Positions 42,259 through 53,731 of a stretch of DNA of 64,000 bases are shown one piece after another. Where the stretch lies: assembly GCA_963663235.2 (NCBI GenBank), contig CAXXNO010000004.1, forward strand, positions 224,001 through 288,000, read 5' to 3'. This DNA is from Dehalococcoidia bacterium. Lineage in GTDB: Bacteria; Chloroflexota; Dehalococcoidia; Bin125. Position numbers and translations under genes: made by a program. The notes under the pieces are model-generated. The model was not told where the DNA came from and searched no databases. It saw only the letters and a program-made list of their open reading frames with translations. The first letter of the stretch is position 1, and every line of letters starts with the position of its first letter.

Positions 42259-42938
42259 GACGCTGACTGCGCCGATTGTTTGTAGGTGCGCCGCACCATG
42301 ATGACTTGATTCGGAGGCCCGGGGACAGATCCGTTAACGAACAGCAAGCCCCGCTCGGGCTGGATGTCGACGATCTCGAGGTTGATGCTCGTACGCCGGA
42401 CGCCGCCCTGGCGCCCGGCCATCTTGGTCCCTTTGAAGACGCGCCCCGGCGTGGTGCCGGCCCCGATGGACCCGGGGGCGCGGTGGCGGTCGCTCTGCCC
42501 GTGCGTCTTGGGGCCGCCGTGAAAGCCGTGGCGCTTGACCACCCCGGCGAAGCCCTTGCCCTTGGAGGTGCCGGAGACGTCCACGCGGTCGCCGACGGCA
42601 AAGAGGTCGGCGGCGGTGAAGGATTGCCCGACCTTGAGCGACTCGTAGTCCGCCTCATCGGCGCGGAACTCGGCGAGGTATCGCAAGGGGCCATTGGAGC
42701 CGGTGTGACCGCGCTGGGCCTTGGAGAGCCGCCATTCGCGCCCCAAGCCGAAGCCCAACTGCACGGCGCGATAGCCGTCGCGCTCGGGCGTCTTGATCTG
42801 GGTGACGGCGCAGGGGCCCACTTGCAGCACGGTGCAGCCGCTGACGCGGCCGTCCGAGGCGATGGTTTGGACCATGCCCAGCTTCCTGCCCAGGAGTCCC
42901 TGTACGGCCACGGTGGTCTGACGCTCGCCTTCCGTCAC
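42255..42938 (-). CDS. rplC: 50S ribosomal protein L3
   Basis: [19 protein letters not shown] and RAPGSIG. Confidence 0.97.
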   Translation of the reverse strand: MTEGERQTTVAVQGLLGRKLGMVQTIASDGRVSGCTVLQVGPCAVTQIKTPERDGYRAVQLGFGLGREWRLSKAQRGHTGSNGPLRYLAEFRADEADYESLKVGQSFTAADLFAVGDRVDVSGTSKGKGFAGVVKRHGFHGGPKTHGQSDRHRAPGSIGAGTTPGRVFKGTKMAGRQGGVRRTSINLEIVDIQPERGLLFVNGSVPGPPNQVIMVRRTYKQSAQSAS

Positions 42939-43247
42939 TTACAGTTTGATCTCGATATCCACGCCGCTGGGCAGTTGGAGCCGCATCAGCGTATCAACCG
43001 TCTTGCCTGTGGGCTCAAGGATGTCGATCAGGCGTTTATGGGTGCGCATTTCGAACTGCTCACGGGAGTCTTTATCGATGAAGGGTGAGCGGATCACGGT
43101 GTAGCGCTGGATTTTCGTCGGGAGGGGGACGGGGCCGGCAACTTCCGCCCCGGCCTTCTCCGCCGCCTCCACTATCTGGCGCGCGCTCTCATCCAGAATG
43201 CGATGGTCATAGGCCTTGAGTTGGATTCGGATCTTCTGGCGCGCCAC
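42939..43247 (-). CDS. rpsJ: 30S ribosomal protein S10
   Basis: [16 protein letters not shown] and SREQFE. Confidence 0.98.
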   Translation of the reverse strand: MARQKIRIQLKAYDHRILDESARQIVEAAEKAGAEVAGPVPLPTKIQRYTVIRSPFIDKDSREQFEMRTHKRLIDILEPTGKTVDTLMRLQLPSGVDIEIKL

Positions 43248-43251
43248 GGCT

Positions 43252-44451
43252 CTACTCCAGGATCTCGGTGGCGGCGCCGGCGCCGACGGTACGGCCGCCC
43301 TCGCGGATGGCGAAGCGCAGGCCGGGTTCTAGGGCGATGGGGCTGATGAGGCGGATGGTGAGGGTGACGTTGTCGCCGGGCATGGCCATCTCCACGCCGG
43401 CGGGCAGCTCGATGGCGCCGGTGACGTCGGTGGTGCGGATGTAGAACTGGGGCCGGTAGCCGGGGAAGAAGGGGGTGTGGCGGCCGCCCTCTTCCTTGGA
43501 GAGGATGTAGACCTCGGCCAGGAAGGTGGTGTGGGGGGTGATGGAGCCGGGGGCGGCCAGCACCTGGCCGCGCTCGATGTCCTCGCGCTCGATGCCGCGC
43601 AGGAGGCAGCCCACGTTGTCGCCGGCCTCGCCGGCGTCCATGCTCTTTTTGAACATCTCCACCCCGGTGACCACGGTGCTGCGGGTGTCTTGCAGGCCGA
43701 CGATCTCCACCGTGTCGCTGGTGTGCACGGTACCGCGCTCGATGCGCCCGGTGACCACGGTGCCCCGCCCCTTGATGCCGAAGACGTCCTCGATGGGCAT
43801 GAGGAAGGGCTGGTCCTTGGCCCGCGGGGGCGTGGGGATGTAGGTGTCCACCGCCTCCAGCAGGGCCTGGATGGGGGCGTAGGCCGGGCCCTGGGGGTCG
43901 TCTGCGGTCGCCTCCAGGGCTTGGAGGGCGGAGCCGCGGATGATGGGTACCTCGTCGCCGGGGAATTCGTAGCGGCTCAAGAGCTCGCGCATCTCCAGCT
44001 CCACCAGGTCCAGGAGCTCGGGGTCCTCCATCTGGTCCACCTTGTTGAGGAAGACCACGATCTTGGGCACCCCCACCTGGCGGGCCAAGAGGATGTGCTC
44101 CCGGGTCTGGGGCATGGGGCCGTCCGGGGCCGCCACGACCAGGATGGCCCCGTCCATCTGCGCCGCGCCGGTGATCATGTTCTTGATGTAGTCGGCGTGC
44201 CCGGGGGCGTCGATGTGGGCGTAGTGGCGCGCCGCCGTCTCGTACTCCACGTGGGCGATGGCGATGGTGATGCCCCGCTCTTTCTCCTCCGGGGCGTTGT
44301 CGATGCTGGCGAAGGAGCGGAACTCCGCCCCGCCGCCAAAGCCCAGCACTTTCGTGATCGCCGCCGTCAAGGTGGTCTTGCCGTGGTCCACGTGGCCGAT
44401 GGTGCCCACGTTGGCGTGCGGCTTGGTCCGCTCAAACTTGCCTCGCGCCAT
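43252..44451 (-). CDS. tuf: Elongation factor Tu
   Basis: [22 protein letters not shown] and [10 protein letters not shown]. Confidence 0.99.
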   Translation of the reverse strand: MARGKFERTKPHANVGTIGHVDHGKTTLTAAITKVLGFGGGAEFRSFASIDNAPEEKERGITIAIAHVEYETAARHYAHIDAPGHADYIKNMITGAAQMDGAILVVAAPDGPMPQTREHILLARQVGVPKIVVFLNKVDQMEDPELLDLVELEMRELLSRYEFPGDEVPIIRGSALQALEATADDPQGPAYAPIQALLEAVDTYIPTPPRAKDQPFLMPIEDVFGIKGRGTVVTGRIERGTVHTSDTVEIVGLQDTRSTVVTGVEMFKKSMDAGEAGDNVGCLLRGIEREDIERGQVLAAPGSITPHTTFLAEVYILSKEEGGRHTPFFPGYRPQFYIRTTDVTGAIELPAGVEMAMPGDNVTLTIRLISPIALEPGLRFAIREGGRTVGAGAATEILE

Positions 44452-44492
44452 GATTCTCCATCTCTCCGCGGCGGGCCGGGCCCGCCATCGCG

Positions 44493-46556
44493 CTAGACGC
44501 TGGCCACCGCCTCGGCGACGCTCTCCGGCGCTTCAGCGTAGTGGGCGAACTCCATGCTGGAGGTCGCGCGCCCCTGACTCAAGGACCGCAGCCCGGTGGT
44601 GTAGCCGAAGGTTTCCGCGAGGGGCAACAGGGCCTGGATCACCTGGCTGGTTCCCCGCGCCTCGACGCCCTGCACCGCGCCGCGACGGGCGTTGAGATCG
44701 CTCACGACCTCGCCGAGGAACTCCTCCGGGGTGACGATCTCGACCTTCATGATCGGCTCGAGCACCACGGGGGAACCCCTGCGCACTGCTTCTTTGAAGC
44801 CCATGCTGCCCGCGGTGCTGAAGGCGAGCTCGCTGGAGTCGACAGGGTGGAAGTTGCCGTCGAGGAGCGTCACCTTGACATCGACGACAGGATAGCCGCC
44901 GCGGGGACCGCTGGCCATGGCCTGGATGACGCCCTTGCGCACCGCGGGGATGAACTCCACGGGGATCGCGCCGCCCCGAATCTCGCTGGCGAACTCAAAG
45001 CCCTGACCGCGATCGCGGGGCTCCACCCGCAAGACCACGTGGGCGAACTGACCGCGGCCACCGGTCTGCCGGATGAAGCGGGTCTCCGCTTCCGCCGCGC
45101 GGCGGGGGGTCTCCCGGTAGGCGACCTGGGGCCGGCCGACGGTGCAGCCGACGCCGAACTCGCGGGTCATGCGATCGACGATGACCTCCAGGTGGAGCTC
45201 GCCCATGCCGGAGATCCGGGTCTGGCCGGTCTCCTCGTCAAAGGTGGAGCGGAAGGTGGGGTCCTCTTCGGCCAAGCGGCGGAGGGCTTCTCCCATCTTG
45301 TCCTGGTCGGATCGTGTCTTGGCCTCGATGGCGACGGAGACGACCGGCACGGGGAAGGCGATCTCCTCGAGGACCACGGGGTTGGCGAGGTCCGTGAGGG
45401 TATCGCCGGTGAACGTATGTTTGAGGCCGATGATCGCGGCGATGCCGCCGGCGTAGACCTGATCGACATCCTCGCGGCGATCGGCGTGCATGCGCATCAG
45501 ACGGCCGAGGCGCTCTTTCCTCTGGCGGCTGCTGTTGGTGACCGCCGCGCCAGTCTGGAGCGTGCCGGAGTAGACGCGGACGTACGCCAGACGCCCCACA
45601 TGGGGGTCCGCCACGATCTTGAACGTCAGCGCGGCCAGGGGGCCATCGTCCTGCGCCGGCCGCTCGATCTGTGTGCCGTCGGGCGCGGCGCCCACGACGG
45701 GTGGGACATCGATCGGCGCCGGGAGGTAATCGACGACGGCGTCCAGCAGGAGGCGGACGCCGACGTTCTTGAGGGCGCTCCCGCAGAGCACCGGCGTGAT
45801 GGTGTTGGCGATGGTGGCCCGACGGAGGGCCTTGCGGATCTCATCTTCGCTGAGGGCGTGGCCTTCCACATAGGAGACCATGACCTGGTTATCGTGTTCG
45901 GCGATGCGCTCGATCATGGTGTCGCGCCAGCGTTCGGCGTCGCCGCGGAGCTCGGCGGGGATATCGCCCTCGGTCGGGGGGGCATCGCGATCGCCGCTGA
46001 AGAACCAGGCGCGGCGGGTGATGAGGTCCACGACTCCTTGGAACTGCCTCTCGCTGCCGATGGGGATCTGGACGGGCACGGGGGCCGCGCCCAGGCGGCT
46101 GCGCACCATCTCCATGGTGCGCCAGTAGTCGGCGCCGATGCGGTCCATCTTGTTGATGAAGCAGAGCCGCGGGACTTGGTAGCGATCCGCCTGGCGCCAG
46201 ACGGTCTCGGATTGGGGCTCGACGCCGGCGACGGCGTCGAAGACGACGACGCCACCGTCCAGCACGCGCAGGCTGCGCTCCACCTCGACGGTGAAATCGA
46301 CGTGGCCGGGGGTGTCGATGATGTTGATGCGGTGGTCGGCCCAGGAGACCGTGGTGGCGGCGGCGGTGATGGTGATGCCGCGCTCCCGCTCCTGGTCCAT
46401 GAAGTCCATGGTGGCGGTGCCGTGATGGACTTCACCCATTTTGTAGGTGCGGCCCGTGAAGTACAGGATGCGTTCCGTGACGGTGGTCTTGCCGGCATCG
46501 ATGTGGGCAATGATCCCGATGTTGCGGACGCGTTCGATGGGGATATCGCGGGGCAT
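44493..46556 (-). CDS. fusA: Elongation factor G
   Basis: [24 protein letters not shown] and [10 protein letters not shown]. Confidence 0.99.
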   Translation of the reverse strand: MPRDIPIERVRNIGIIAHIDAGKTTVTERILYFTGRTYKMGEVHHGTATMDFMDQERERGITITAAATTVSWADHRINIIDTPGHVDFTVEVERSLRVLDGGVVVFDAVAGVEPQSETVWRQADRYQVPRLCFINKMDRIGADYWRTMEMVRSRLGAAPVPVQIPIGSERQFQGVVDLITRRAWFFSGDRDAPPTEGDIPAELRGDAERWRDTMIERIAEHDNQVMVSYVEGHALSEDEIRKALRRATIANTITPVLCGSALKNVGVRLLLDAVVDYLPAPIDVPPVVGAAPDGTQIERPAQDDGPLAALTFKIVADPHVGRLAYVRVYSGTLQTGAAVTNSSRQRKERLGRLMRMHADRREDVDQVYAGGIAAIIGLKHTFTGDTLTDLANPVVLEEIAFPVPVVSVAIEAKTRSDQDKMGEALRRLAEEDPTFRSTFDEETGQTRISGMGELHLEVIVDRMTREFGVGCTVGRPQVAYRETPRRAAEAETRFIRQTGGRGQFAHVVLRVEPRDRGQGFEFASEIRGGAIPVEFIPAVRKGVIQAMASGPRGGYPVVDVKVTLLDGNFHPVDSSELAFSTAGSMGFKEAVRRGSPVVLEPIMKVEIVTPEEFLGEVVSDLNARRGAVQGVEARGTSQVIQALLPLAETFGYTTGLRSLSQGRATSSMEFAHYAEAPESVAEAVASV

Positions 46557-46622
46557 GGCTAGGCCCGGCCGAGCGGCCGACGTGAGACCGCCCGACGCAT
46601 GTCGGGCGGTTGGGGGGTCGGG

Positions 46623-47093
46623 TTACCAGCGATAGTGCACAAAGGCACGGTTCGCCTCCGCCATACGATGCGTCTCTTCGCGGCGCTTCACGGCGGCGCC
46701 GGTATCGTGATAGGCGTCCACGATCTCGGCGGCGAGCCGCTCCGCCATCTTCTTGCCGCCGCGGGCGCGGGCGGCACGCAGGAGCCAGCGGATGGCGAGG
46801 GCGTTGCGGCGCTCGGCGCGGATCTCCACGGGCACCTGATAGGTGGCGCCGCCCACCCGCCGGGGCTTGACCTCCATTTGCGGCGTGACGTTGCGGAGCG
46901 CCTGCGAGAAGACCTCCAAGGGCTCCTGGCGCGTGAGCTGTCCGACCTCCTCCAGGGCGCCGTAGACGATGCTCTCCGCCACGCCTTTCTTCCCGCGCTG
47001 CATAATCCGGTTAATGGTCTGCTGCACGGTGACGTTCTGATAGCGCGGATCGGGCGGGATCTTGCGACGCTCGGGCCGGTTTCGTCGCGGCAT
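46623..47093 (-). CDS. rpsG: 30S ribosomal protein S7
   Basis: [11 protein letters not shown] and [10 protein letters not shown]. Confidence 0.98.
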   Translation of the reverse strand: MPRRNRPERRKIPPDPRYQNVTVQQTINRIMQRGKKGVAESIVYGALEEVGQLTRQEPLEVFSQALRNVTPQMEVKPRRVGGATYQVPVEIRAERRNALAIRWLLRAARARGGKKMAERLAAEIVDAYHDTGAAVKRREETHRMAEANRAFVHYRW

Positions 47094-47189
47094 GATACTC
47101 CATCCTGGGACGGCCAGCGGCCGTCTTTCTCAAAGGCGCACGGGACTCGACTGCGGAGCGGGGGCCGAGCGCCTGCCCCCACCCAACCG

Positions 47190-47618
47190 CTAGGCGGTTG
47201 GGGACGCTGCCGTCTTGCGCGTGCCGTACTTCGATCGCCCGCGGCGGCGGTTGGAGACGCCCTGGGCATCCAGGGCGCCCCGGACCACGTGGTAGCGCAC
47301 GCCCGGTAGGTCCTTCACCCGGCCGCCGCGGATCAGCACGACCGAGTGCTCTTGGAGACTGTGTCCTTCGCCCGGGATGTAGGCGGTGACCTCGATGCCG
47401 TTGGTGAGGCGCACGCGACAGACCTTGCGCAGCGCCGAGTTGGGCTTCTTGGGGGTCACCGTGCGGACAGCCGTGCAGACGCCGCGCTTCTGCGGCGCGC
47501 CGCGGCCAACGGTGGTGTGGTTGGTCAACGCGTTGTGCATGAAGCGCAGGGCGGGCGCCTTGGTTTTCTTTGTGACGGGCTTACGCCCCTTGCGCACGAG
47601 TTGATTGATGGTGGGCAC
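47190..47618 (-). CDS. rpsL: 30S ribosomal protein S12
   Basis: [18 protein letters not shown] and [10 protein letters not shown]. Confidence 0.98.
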   Translation of the reverse strand: MPTINQLVRKGRKPVTKKTKAPALRFMHNALTNHTTVGRGAPQKRGVCTAVRTVTPKKPNSALRKVCRVRLTNGIEVTAYIPGEGHSLQEHSVVLIRGGRVKDLPGVRYHVVRGALDAQGVSNRRRGRSKYGTRKTAASPTA

Positions 47619-47770
47619 TATGCTCTTCCGCCAGACTCCAAACACGACGAACGGCCGAGAGCCGTTCGCTGAACCACTCCGGCCCCGGGGAACGGGTGCT
47701 GCCGGCGGTCTTCGGACGGTGACGGCTTCGACCGTAGCTCGCCCACCGCAGGGCAAGCATACAGGCTACA

Positions 47771-47800
47771 AATGTAGGAAGGGGTGGAAACGCGTGTCAA
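47771..47800 (-). promoter_or_regulatory. Promoter of the ribosomal supercluster
   Basis: TTGACA (47800-47795), 18-nt spacer, TACATT (47776-47771). Confidence 0.7.
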
Positions 47801-47833
47801 GCAATTCGGGCGCGAGTTTACGCCCGGGGCGCC

Positions 47834-48748
47834 TCAGACGCCGGCGTAGGAGTGGAGTCCGCTGATCCAGAGGTTGACGCCCAGGTAGGTGAAGAGGACG
47901 GCCATAAAACCCCCCACCACGATCCAGGAGCCGCGCGCGCCCTTGAGCTGGCGGATGCCGCGGGTGTGCATGTAGCCGGCGAAGATCAGCCAGGTGACCA
48001 GGGCCGCGGTCTCCTTGGGGTCCCAGCCCCAGTAGCGGCCCCAGGCGTCGTGGGCCCAGAGGGCGCCCAGCGCGACGCCCACGGCCAGCAAGGGGAAGCC
48101 CACCAGCACGGAGCGGTAGGTGAGCTCGTCGCAGCGATCGGCGGTGGGGAGCCAGGCGTGCCGCCGGCCCTTGCTGCCCTGGAGGATGTGCATCACGGCC
48201 GCGCCGAAGGCCACCGCGAGCGCGGCGTAGGCCAGGATCATCATCGCCACGTGAATGCTGAGCAGGGTGGGGCTCTGCAGGGCCGGCACGAGCACCTGCT
48301 CCCCCTGCGACGGGAAGGCGAGGGCGCTGGCGTAGAGCCCGAACGACACCGGCATGACGAACGCTCCCAGGAGACGGCTGTGGAAGCGCCATTCCGCGAT
48401 CACGTACATCAGCGCGATGGCGAAGCCGAAGGCCATGGAGAACTCGAAGAGGTTGCTGTAGGGGGCGTGATCCAGCGCGATGGTGCGGAAGACCAGCCCC
48501 AGCCCCCCGAAGACGACCGACGTCCAGGCGGTCAAGCTGGCGACGCCGCCCAGCGTGCGGGAGCGCTGAGGGCGCTGGGACGTCGGGACCGAGGTCGTGA
48601 GGGTGAGGGCTCCGGCGTCGGTGGCGGCGACCGCGCGCGCCGCGCCGAAGGCGAGGCGCGGCTGGAGGGCGTAGGCCACGTAGGCGGCCGCGGCGCAGCC
48701 GGCGGCCACCAAGCCGGACCAGAGAAGGTAGAGCGCGAGGTCCTCCAC
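47834..48748 (-). CDS. ccsA: Cytochrome c biogenesis protein CcsA/ResC (system II)
   Basis: HAPYSNLFE, PALQS..LSIHV, WWD motif WAHDAWGRYWGWDPKE and GLHSYA. Confidence 0.94.
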   Translation of the reverse strand: MEDLALYLLWSGLVAAGCAAAAYVAYALQPRLAFGAARAVAATDAGALTLTTSVPTSQRPQRSRTLGGVASLTAWTSVVFGGLGLVFRTIALDHAPYSNLFEFSMAFGFAIALMYVIAEWRFHSRLLGAFVMPVSFGLYASALAFPSQGEQVLVPALQSPTLLSIHVAMMILAYAALAVAFGAAVMHILQGSKGRRHAWLPTADRCDELTYRSVLVGFPLLAVGVALGALWAHDAWGRYWGWDPKETAALVTWLIFAGYMHTRGIRQLKGARGSWIVVGGFMAVLFTYLGVNLWISGLHSYAGV

Positions 48749-48750
48749 CG

Positions 48751-49527
48751 CTAGGTCTCCGTTTCCTGCGCCGCCAGCAGCTTGGCCCGGTTCGGGGCCG
48801 CGCGCTCGCCGAAGAGCAAGCGGCGGAACCCCTCCGCCCAGGGCACCTCGCCGACGGCGGCGGCCTTGTCTTCCTCCCGGCGCCAGCGCTCCATGCGCTC
48901 CTCCCAGGTGCCGCCACCTCCCTGGCTGGCGTGGCAACGTAAGGCCTGGAGCCGCCGCTCGAATTGGGCGTCGACATCGACAAAATAATCGGGCTCGCGG
49001 GTGCCCGCCAGCAGGACCTCGTTGACGCGGTGGGGCTGGAGGCCGTCGTCACGGTGCTGGGGGAAGTAGTGGGGCGTTCGGGCTAGGGGGAAGGCCGCGT
49101 CCAGCGTGACCGTGCCCACCGTGCGGTGGTCGCGGTGGTTGAAGCCCCGCCAGCCGTCCCAGGTGATCAGCAGGTCCGGGCGCACCTCGCGGATGACGCG
49201 GACGATGGCGCCGCGGAGCTCGGGTGAGTCCTCCACGAAGCCGTCCGGCCAGCGCAGAAAGCGGCAGGTATGCACGCCGAGGACGCGCGCCGCCGCCTCT
49301 TGCTCGGTCTCGCGCACGGCGGCGAGGTCCCAGGACTGGAAGGCGCTGTCCCGGCTGCCTTTATCGCCGCTGGTGACGAGGCAGAAGGTGACGTCCGTAC
49401 CGGCGTCCGCCAGCTTCGCGACGGTGCCGCCACAGGTGAACTCGATATCGTCGGGGTGCGCCATGATCACCAGCGCCCGTTGCGGGGCGCCCGATCCGTT
49501 GGTCGCGGGCGGTGCGGCAGCGCTCAT
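48751..49527 (-). CDS. PIG-L/LmbE family deacetylase (MshB/BshB superfamily)
   Basis: AHPDD, TSGDKG, HRDH and HASQ. Confidence 0.88.
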   Translation of the reverse strand: MSAAAPPATNGSGAPQRALVIMAHPDDIEFTCGGTVAKLADAGTDVTFCLVTSGDKGSRDSAFQSWDLAAVRETEQEAAARVLGVHTCRFLRWPDGFVEDSPELRGAIVRVIREVRPDLLITWDGWRGFNHRDHRTVGTVTLDAAFPLARTPHYFPQHRDDGLQPHRVNEVLLAGTREPDYFVDVDAQFERRLQALRCHASQGGGGTWEERMERWRREEDKAAAVGEVPWAEGFRRLLFGERAAPNRAKLLAAQETET

Positions 49528-49561
49528 GGCGCCCTCAGTTTAGCGGGCCGGTCCCGGAGGG

Positions 49562-50854
49562 CTAGTGAGCGTGACAGCAGGCGGCCGCGCGGGCGGCCGG
49601 GCGGTGCACATGGTGGCCGCCGCAGCAGGGCTGCGCATCGTGCCCTGCGAGGAGGCGCTCATAGACGGCGCCGATGCGATCAGCGACGGCGCGCCATTCA
49701 AACGCCGCGACGGAGGCGGGGGCGGCATCGCCGAAGCGCCGGCGCAGGTCCGGGTTGGCGAGGAGCGCCTCGATCCGTTCCGCGAAGGGCTCCGGGCAGC
49801 GCCAGGGCACTAGATAGCCGGTCTGGCCGTCGCGCACCGTGTACTGGAGTCCGCCGACGCGTGTGGCGACCACGGGCGTCCCGCAGGCCAGCGCCTCCAC
49901 CGCCACCAGGCCGAAGCTCTCGTAGTAGGAGGGCACCACACAGATATCGGCCGCGCGATAGTAGAGCGGCAACGTCTTGTGAGCCACCGCGCCGGGGAAG
50001 CGCACCCGATCGGCGATGCCCAGCGAGCGGCCCAGCGCCTCCAGTTGCGCGCGCTGCCCGTCGGCCTGCTCATCGCCGCCGACGATGAGGACGGTTAGCG
50101 GGGTATCGACGTCGGCCAGGGCGGCGGCCCGCAGCGCGATGTCGACTCCCTTCAACGGCTCCAGGCGCCCGACGACGAGGAGGATGGGGCCATCGCCCAG
50201 GCCCAGTTGTGCGCGCGCCTGGGCGCGGGGGCCGGGTTGGAAGAGGATCCGGTCCACCCCACCGGGCACCACCGTGACGCAGTCGGGCTGGGCGCCGTAG
50301 AGATCCGCCAAGAAGTCGCGCTCATGAGGAGTGGCGCAGATCAGGTGGTGCGCCCGCTGCACGATGCGTCGCTCCGCCTCGATGCGCGCCTGCGATTCCT
50401 GCTCGCCGCGGCGGGCGCGATTCTTGACCGCCCCCAGCGTGTGGAACATGGCGACATGCGGGCAGCCCCACTCGGCGGCCAGATCCGCCCCGCTCAACCC
50501 CGAGAGCCAGTAGTGCGAGTGGATGAGGTCGTAGGTGTGCCCGTGCCGCCGGGCGAAGCGGCGGACGGCATCGGTGAAGGCGGGCAGCAGCGGCTGGATC
50601 TCGGGGGGGGAGAGCGGCGCGGCCGGGCCCGCGGGCAGCGTGATCAGGCGGACGTTTTCGGCGCAGGTGATGGTCTCAGCGGTCTGGGGATTGTCACGGC
50701 GCGTGTAGATATCGACCTGGTAGCCGAGGCGGCCCAACTCGCGCGTCAGTTCCCGGATGTAGACGTTCATGCCGCCGGCTTTGGTGGTGCCGGGCTGCGC
50801 GAGCGGCGAGGTGTGGGTGCTGAGGAACGCGAGTCGATGTAACTGGTGCGGCAT
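49562..50854 (-). CDS. GT4 glycosyltransferase, MshA-like
   Basis: HTSPLAQPG..AGGMNVY, IHSHYWLSG and ESFGLVAVEA; Cys/His-rich tail. Confidence 0.88.
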   Translation of the reverse strand: MPHQLHRLAFLSTHTSPLAQPGTTKAGGMNVYIRELTRELGRLGYQVDIYTRRDNPQTAETITCAENVRLITLPAGPAAPLSPPEIQPLLPAFTDAVRRFARRHGHTYDLIHSHYWLSGLSGADLAAEWGCPHVAMFHTLGAVKNRARRGEQESQARIEAERRIVQRAHHLICATPHERDFLADLYGAQPDCVTVVPGGVDRILFQPGPRAQARAQLGLGDGPILLVVGRLEPLKGVDIALRAAALADVDTPLTVLIVGGDEQADGQRAQLEALGRSLGIADRVRFPGAVAHKTLPLYYRAADICVVPSYYESFGLVAVEALACGTPVVATRVGGLQYTVRDGQTGYLVPWRCPEPFAERIEALLANPDLRRRFGDAAPASVAAFEWRAVADRIGAVYERLLAGHDAQPCCGGHHVHRPAARAAACCHAH

Positions 50855-50863
50855 AGCGCGCTC

Positions 50864-51850
50864 CTAGCGGGTCAACAGCAGGCGAGTCACCGGCGAGGGC
50901 ACGCCACCCAACTGATATTTGTACGCTTCCTCGCCGCGGAGGAAGTTGACCGCGCGTTTTCGCTCCTCGATGCAGGAGCGCAGGCAATACACCTTGGAGG
51001 CCAGGCCCACCGCCAGATCCCGATAGTCGGGGTCGTAGCCGCTGTTGTACAGGAACAGGGTGTCGCCGGTGTCGAAGCCGAGGATCGCGGCGACCGTCTT
51101 GCCGTCGAGTTGTAGGAGGTAGAGGCGCGCCCAGCCACGGGAGGCGAGGTTCCGGCCGAGCGCGAGGAAGAACGCCTGCCGGGGCTCGGTCAGGAAGCCC
51201 GCCTTATCGCGGCGGGAGTCGCGCATCATGGCGAGGAGGTGGGAGACGCCGGCCACCACGGGATCGGGGTCGCGCTCCACGGTGAGCGAGACGCGCGCGC
51301 CGCCTTCGGCCAAGTTTCGCAGCTTGCGGCGCACCTCATGCCGTTGCTTGCCGCCGAGGCCGTCCAGATAGGCCTCCCACGTTGCCGGCAACGCGACCGT
51401 GGGACAGACGGCCTCCTGCTCCGCGCGCACGGCCCAGCCGCGCGCGCGCGCCGCCGCCGGCAGGGACGCCAGCGTCGGCGAGCCCTCCGCGAGCCCGCGC
51501 AGGTCGACGGCGCGGCAATCGTCGCGTTCCAGGTGTTCCAGCAGCGCCTGCGCCACCTCGTCCTCCCGCCCCGGCGCGGCGATCAAGTCCATGTAGTCGC
51601 AGACCTCCGGATCGCCGATGAAAGAGACGGCATTGTCCCGGCGCATAAGGGGCAGCACGCCGATCAGCGTGCCATCGGCCGCGCGGACGGAGCAAAGGTC
51701 CAGCGTGGCGTCCTGGGCGAAGAGATCCCACCAGACGGACTGAAACTGCGGATAAAGGAAGACGCCGGCCGGCGGCGCGGCGCGTGACGCGAGCGCCGTC
51801 CAGTCATCGGTGAGCGACGCCCACGTCTGGGGGTGAACACACACGGTCAC
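50864..51850 (-). CDS. GNAT acetyltransferase, CelD/BcsL-like
   Basis: [26 protein letters not shown] and FLRGEEAYK. Confidence 0.85.
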   Translation of the reverse strand: MTVCVHPQTWASLTDDWTALASRAAPPAGVFLYPQFQSVWWDLFAQDATLDLCSVRAADGTLIGVLPLMRRDNAVSFIGDPEVCDYMDLIAAPGREDEVAQALLEHLERDDCRAVDLRGLAEGSPTLASLPAAARARGWAVRAEQEAVCPTVALPATWEAYLDGLGGKQRHEVRRKLRNLAEGGARVSLTVERDPDPVVAGVSHLLAMMRDSRRDKAGFLTEPRQAFFLALGRNLASRGWARLYLLQLDGKTVAAILGFDTGDTLFLYNSGYDPDYRDLAVGLASKVYCLRSCIEERKRAVNFLRGEEAYKYQLGGVPSPVTRLLLTR

Positions 51851-52449
51851 TCAGAGCCCCGACGGAGGAGCGAGAGGAACTCCGCGCGGGTCACGGCCTG
51901 CGACGAGAAGGTGCCACGCAAAACGGAGGTCACCATGCGGCTGCCGGGCTTCTTGATGCCACGCATGGTCATGCAGAGGTGCTCGGCGTCCATTGCCACG
52001 GCGACCCCCTCCGGCTCGATCACGGCCATCAGCGTATCGGCGATCTCACAGGTCAGCCGCTCCTGGACTTGAGGGCGACGGGCGACGGCGTCCACCAAGC
52101 GAGCGATCTTGCTGATGCCGACTACGCGGCCTCGGGGCACGTAGGAGACGTGCGCGACGCCGTGAAAGGGGAGGAAGTGATGCTCGCACATGGAGTAGAA
52201 GGGAATATCGCGGAGGACCACCATCTCGTCGTGGCTCTCCTCGAAGCCCACCTTCAGGAGCTGCCTGGGGTCTGTCGTGAGACCGGCGAAGATCTCCTCG
52301 TAGGAGTCGGCGATCCGGCGGGGCGTGTCGAGCAGGCCCTCCCGCTCGGGGTCTTCACCGATCGCGTACAGGATCTCGCGGACCGCAGCGGCGATCCGCT
52401 CTTTGTCGATTGCCGGTGGGCCGATGGACGCATCGCTTTGTGTCGTCAT
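51847..52449 (-). CDS. folE: GTP cyclohydrolase I
   Basis: [25 protein letters not shown] and HLCMTMRG. Confidence 0.97.
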   Translation of the reverse strand: MTTQSDASIGPPAIDKERIAAAVREILYAIGEDPEREGLLDTPRRIADSYEEIFAGLTTDPRQLLKVGFEESHDEMVVLRDIPFYSMCEHHFLPFHGVAHVSYVPRGRVVGISKIARLVDAVARRPQVQERLTCEIADTLMAVIEPEGVAVAMDAEHLCMTMRGIKKPGSRMVTSVLRGTFSSQAVTRAEFLSLLRRGSE

Positions 52450-52654
52450 CCTGCTTGGACCTCCTTGCCCAGCACGAACAGGCCTGCCAGGAGCCACGAG
52501 CGCCGTCCCGCCAGGTCTCGAAGAAGATACGCCAGCCCGCCGGCGCGCGATGGCCGTGGAGCCGCCGTACGAGCCACCCGCGCGCCGGCGGCGCCCGCGC
52601 GCCAAGATCGCGGCGCATGGTAGGGAATCGCCACCACGCGAAGGCGCAGCACGG

Positions 52655-53731
52655 CTAGTCGAGCGCGCCCTCGACGCCGGCGAGCGTGGCGGGCACCTCG
52701 CGGCGGTCGGGCTCGATGGCCAGGGCGCGCTCGGGGTCTTTGAGCCCCGATCCGGTAATCACGCAGACGACGCGTTTGCCCCGCACGTCGATGCCGCGCT
52801 GCTTCAGAGCCAGCAATCCGGCGACGGAGGCGGCGGAGGCCGGCTCGGCGAAGACGCCTTCCCTGCGAGCCAGGTGCTCGTAGGCGGCGAGGATCTCGGC
52901 GTCGGACACGGCCAAGATCGCGCCGCCGGACTCGTCGCGCGCCGCGATGGCGCCGGCCCAGGAGGCCGGATTGCCGATGCGGATGGCCGTGGCCAGCGTC
53001 TCCGGCTGGGCCACGGGCCGGCCGGTGACCAGCGGCGCCGCGCCCTCCGCCTGAAAGCCGTACATGGCGGGGAGGTGGCTCATCCGGCCCAGTTGCCGGT
53101 ATTCGCGGTAGCCGCGCCAGTAGGCGGTGATGTTGCCGGCGTTGCCGACCGGCATGCAATGGATGTCGGGCGCGTCGCCGAGATCATCGACGATTTCGAA
53201 GGCGGCGGTCTTCTGCCCCTCAATGCGGTGGGGGTTGACGGAGTTGACGAGGGCGATCGGCCGCCGCTCGGTCACCTCGCGGGCGAGGCGGAGGGCGTCG
53301 TCGAAGGAACCGTCGATGGCGAGGATGCGCGCGCCGTGCGCTACGGCCTGGGCGAGCTTGCCGCGCGCCACGGCGCCCCGGGGGACCAGGACGAAGACGC
53401 GCAGGCCGCATCGCGCGGCGTAGGCGGCGGCGGAGGCGCTGGTGTTGCCGGTGGAGGCGCAGAGCACGGCGGGGAAGCCGACCTCGAGCGCCTTGGCCAC
53501 GGCCACGACCATGCCGCGATCCTTGAACGAGCCGGTGGGGTTGCAGGACTCCAGCTTGAGCATCACAGAGGCCGCGCCGGTCAGCTGTTCCAGGGCAGGC
53601 GCCGGCACCAGCGGCGTGCTGCCCTCGCCCAGCGTGATCCGCGGGGTCTGATCCGTGAGCGGCAGATGGTCGGCGAAGCTGGCCAGCACGCCCTGGGGCG
53701 CCGAACCTTGGAGGGTGGGAGGGTCAGGCAT
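52655..53731 (-). CDS. thrC: Threonine synthase
   Basis: [20 protein letters not shown] and PVGNAGNI. Confidence 0.96.
   Translation of the reverse strand: MPDPPTLQGSAPQGVLASFADHLPLTDQTPRITLGEGSTPLVPAPALEQLTGAASVMLKLESCNPTGSFKDRGMVVAVAKALEVGFPAVLCASTGNTSASAAAYAARCGLRVFVLVPRGAVARGKLAQAVAHGARILAIDGSFDDALRLAREVTERRPIALVNSVNPHRIEGQKTAAFEIVDDLGDAPDIHCMPVGNAGNITAYWRGYREYRQLGRMSHLPAMYGFQAEGAAPLVTGRPVAQPETLATAIRIGNPASWAGAIAARDESGGAILAVSDAEILAAYEHLARREGVFAEPASAASVAGLLALKQRGIDVRGKRVVCVITGSGLKDPERALAIEPDRREVPATLAGVEGALD

Noticed and set aside
44541-46562. Long antisense ORFs over fusA, tuf, hom, ahcY and others
   Set aside because: Typical stop-poor shadows of high-GC codon usage with no protein-like motifs.
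52450-52654. Riboswitch or small ORF upstream of folE
   Set aside because: No recognisable preQ1/THF consensus and no convincing start; an Infernal search would be needed.
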